This document shows, piece after piece, positions 61,846 to 64,000 of a stretch of 64,000 nt of DNA. The notes beneath the pieces are model-generated. The model worked only from the letters and a program-made list of their open reading frames with translations. It made no database searches and was not told where the DNA came from. The stretch comes from Gracilinanus agilis (Eukaryota): positions 219,815,247 to 219,879,246 of the forward strand of contig NC_058130.1 of assembly GCF_016433145.1 (NCBI RefSeq). Reading direction: 5' to 3'. The position numbers and the translations under genes are program-made. Positions within the stretch are counted from its first letter, which is position 1, and every line of letters begins with the position of its first letter.

Positions 61846-64000
61846 GAGGGGTGGAGCCAAGATAGCAGAGTAGAAACATGGAAAGCTGGAATTGCACTGA
61901 GAATCTTGTCAAATCAAATTAAAATAATGCCTCAAAATGAATATTGAAGGAACAGAACCAACAAGGGGACAGAATGAAGCAACTCTCCAACAAAAAACAA
62001 ATTGGAAGGTAGGCAGAGAGGGTCTATTTCACTTGGGCGAAAAGGAAGTACAGCTGAAAGCAAAGCCTTGGACTAAGGAGTACAAGCTGCTCCCTCCCTA
62101 CTCCTATTGCTCCAGATTCCGAATCTGGTCCCAAGCCAACTTGGAAACCCTGAGACCCTGCTTAAGCCAATGGCAAAGTACCCTACACCCACACTTTGAA
62201 GTTCCAGGCTATAGCACAAGACTCCAGTGAGGCCCCAAACTGTAGCACAAAGCCATTCAAGCCTAAAGAGAGGCTCAATCTCTGTCACATGGCAGTTGAC
62301 AGTGCATGAGGCTGGGGTAAACCCAGAGTGAGGCTCTGAGCCTGCAGTGAAGACTGTCACTGCAGTGAAGACCTGAACCCCAAAGCAACCCCAGCACAAG
62401 GCAGATTGTACCTGGCTGGTGCTAGTCTAAGGAGAGGCCCAGAGTCTTTCCCAAGCCTGCAGTGAGGCCCCAAGCCCCAGCCTACAGTGCATCTGACCTG
62501 TGTAAGCCCAGACTAAGACCCAGAGCCTCCACTTGAGCTTGAGGTGAGGCCCTGAGCCCCAGCACAAGGTAGCTTACAGTACTCTGAGCCCTGTAAGCCA
62601 TCAGCAGTCCCTAGATGAGACTAAATCAGCAGTGGTAGATGGATTTCAGAGTTCCCAGGCCACAATCCATCATGCCAACTTGGAAGAACTGACACTTGCA
62701 GAAACCTAGAACTAGAGCTGAGGATATCAACAAAGAAAAACTAAAGTTTAAGAAAATGCCCCTTCAACCTTGAGAAAAGAGCCCATCATTTTTTTAATTT
62801 TAATTTTTATTATCATGTAAAACATACCTCCATATAAAGAGCTCATCTTTAAGATAAAAGTAAAAGTTAGAGGGGGAAAAAAGTTGGGAAAATGAGCAGT
62901 TAAAAAAAACTAGCCATAGAAAATTATTGTGGAGACACAGAAGAGAAAGGCATAGAGTCAGAAAGTGACAGTGAAATCAAAACAGGCGCACACAAAACTT
63001 CAAAGAAAAATGGGAATTGCTCTCAGGCTCTGGAAGAGCTCAAAAAGGAATTGAAAAATCAAATAATAGAGGCAGAAGAAAAAATGGGAAAAAGAAATGA
63101 AAGTAATGGAAAAAAATTAATAGCTTAAAGATCAGAATTAACCAAATGGAAAAAGAGACACAAAAATTCAATGAAAAGAGTTTCATAAACAGTAGAATTG
63201 ACCAAATGGAAAAGGAAAGGAGGCTCAAACGTTCATGGAAGATAATCATTCCTTAAAAATTAGAATTAGAAAAATGGAAACTAATGACCTAATGAAACAT
63301 CAAGAAAGAATAAAACAAAATCAAAAGAATGAAAAAAAATAGAAAATATGAAATGGCTCATTGAAAAAAACAACTGATCTGGAAAATAGATCCAAGAGAG
63401 ATAGTCTAAGAATTATTGGACTACCTGAAAGTCATGATAAAAAAAAACCTAGACATTATATTACAAGAAATTATCAAAGAAAACTGTCCTGATATTCTTG
63501 TATAAGAGGATAAAATAGAAATTAAAAATATCTACCCATCAACTCCCAGGAATATTATACCCAAATTCAAAAGCTCCTGAGCTAAGGAGAAAATACTATA
63601 AGTAGCCAAAAAAAAAAAACAATTCAGATATCATGGAGCCACAGTCAGGATTACACAAGACTTAACAGCTTCTACATTAAGGAATCAGAAAGATTGGAAT
63701 ATGATATTCTGGAAGGCAAAGGAACTAGTTTTACAACCAAGAATCACCTACCCAGCAAAAAATGAATTTATTCTTTTTTTTGGGGGGGGGGAGGAATAGT
63801 CATTTAATAAAATAGATTTCCAAGCATTCCTGATGAAAAGACTGGAATTATGCAGAAAATTTGGTATCCAAAAACAAGACTCAAGAAAAGCAAAAAAAGG
63901 TAAATAAGAAAGAGGAAAATTTACAGGATTCAATAAGGTTGAACTGTTTATATTCCTACATGGAAAGTTGATATTTCTCACTTTCACATTTTTTTTACCA
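61846..64000 (+). mobile_element. Second degenerate L1 (copy B): 5'UTR, ORF1 and start of the inter-ORF region, running off the window
   Basis: Starts GAGGGGTGGAGCCAAGAT; ORF1 hallmarks (CTGGAAAATAGATCCAAGAGAGATAGTCTAAGAATTATTGGACTACCTGAAAG; AGAATCACCTACCCAGCAAAA); many stops and frameshifts. Confidence 0.8.

Overview
Marsupial genomic DNA, most likely a didelphid opossum given the many SINE1_Mdo-like SINEs (species is inferred). It covers the conserved PMS2 / AIMP2 / EIF2AK1 / ANKRD61 cluster. I reconstructed three complete, intact genes exon by exon, all with GT-AG boundaries and consistent phases: AIMP2 (+, 4 exons, 322 aa), EIF2AK1/HRI (-, 15 exons, 627 aa) and ANKRD61 (+, 3 exons, 418 aa, nested antisense in EIF2AK1 intron 11). 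A probable 14-nt first coding exon of PMS2 (-) shares a bidirectional CpG promoter with AIMP2. The rest is mostly transposon-derived: SINEs, L2, MIR, L1, an RTE-like fragment and several hAT MITEs with 8-bp TSDs, plus a 379-N gap in a GA microsatellite. The most notable observations are: (1) ANKRD61 ends in a SOCS box-like motif, so it looks like an ASB-type Cullin5 substrate receptor encoded inside the HRI gene; (2) a perfect 71-bp inverted repeat just upstream of the HRI exon 8 acceptor; (3) a candidate mutually exclusive alternative to HRI exon 4; (4) an out-of-frame uORF overlapping the HRI start codon; (5) in-frame cryptic donors in AIMP2 exon 1 that would remove LysRS-binding motifs; (6) a composite two-MITE element and a fully palindromic MITE. 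Gene identities rest on recalled similarity to the human proteins, not on a database search. Repeat family names and boundaries are approximate.
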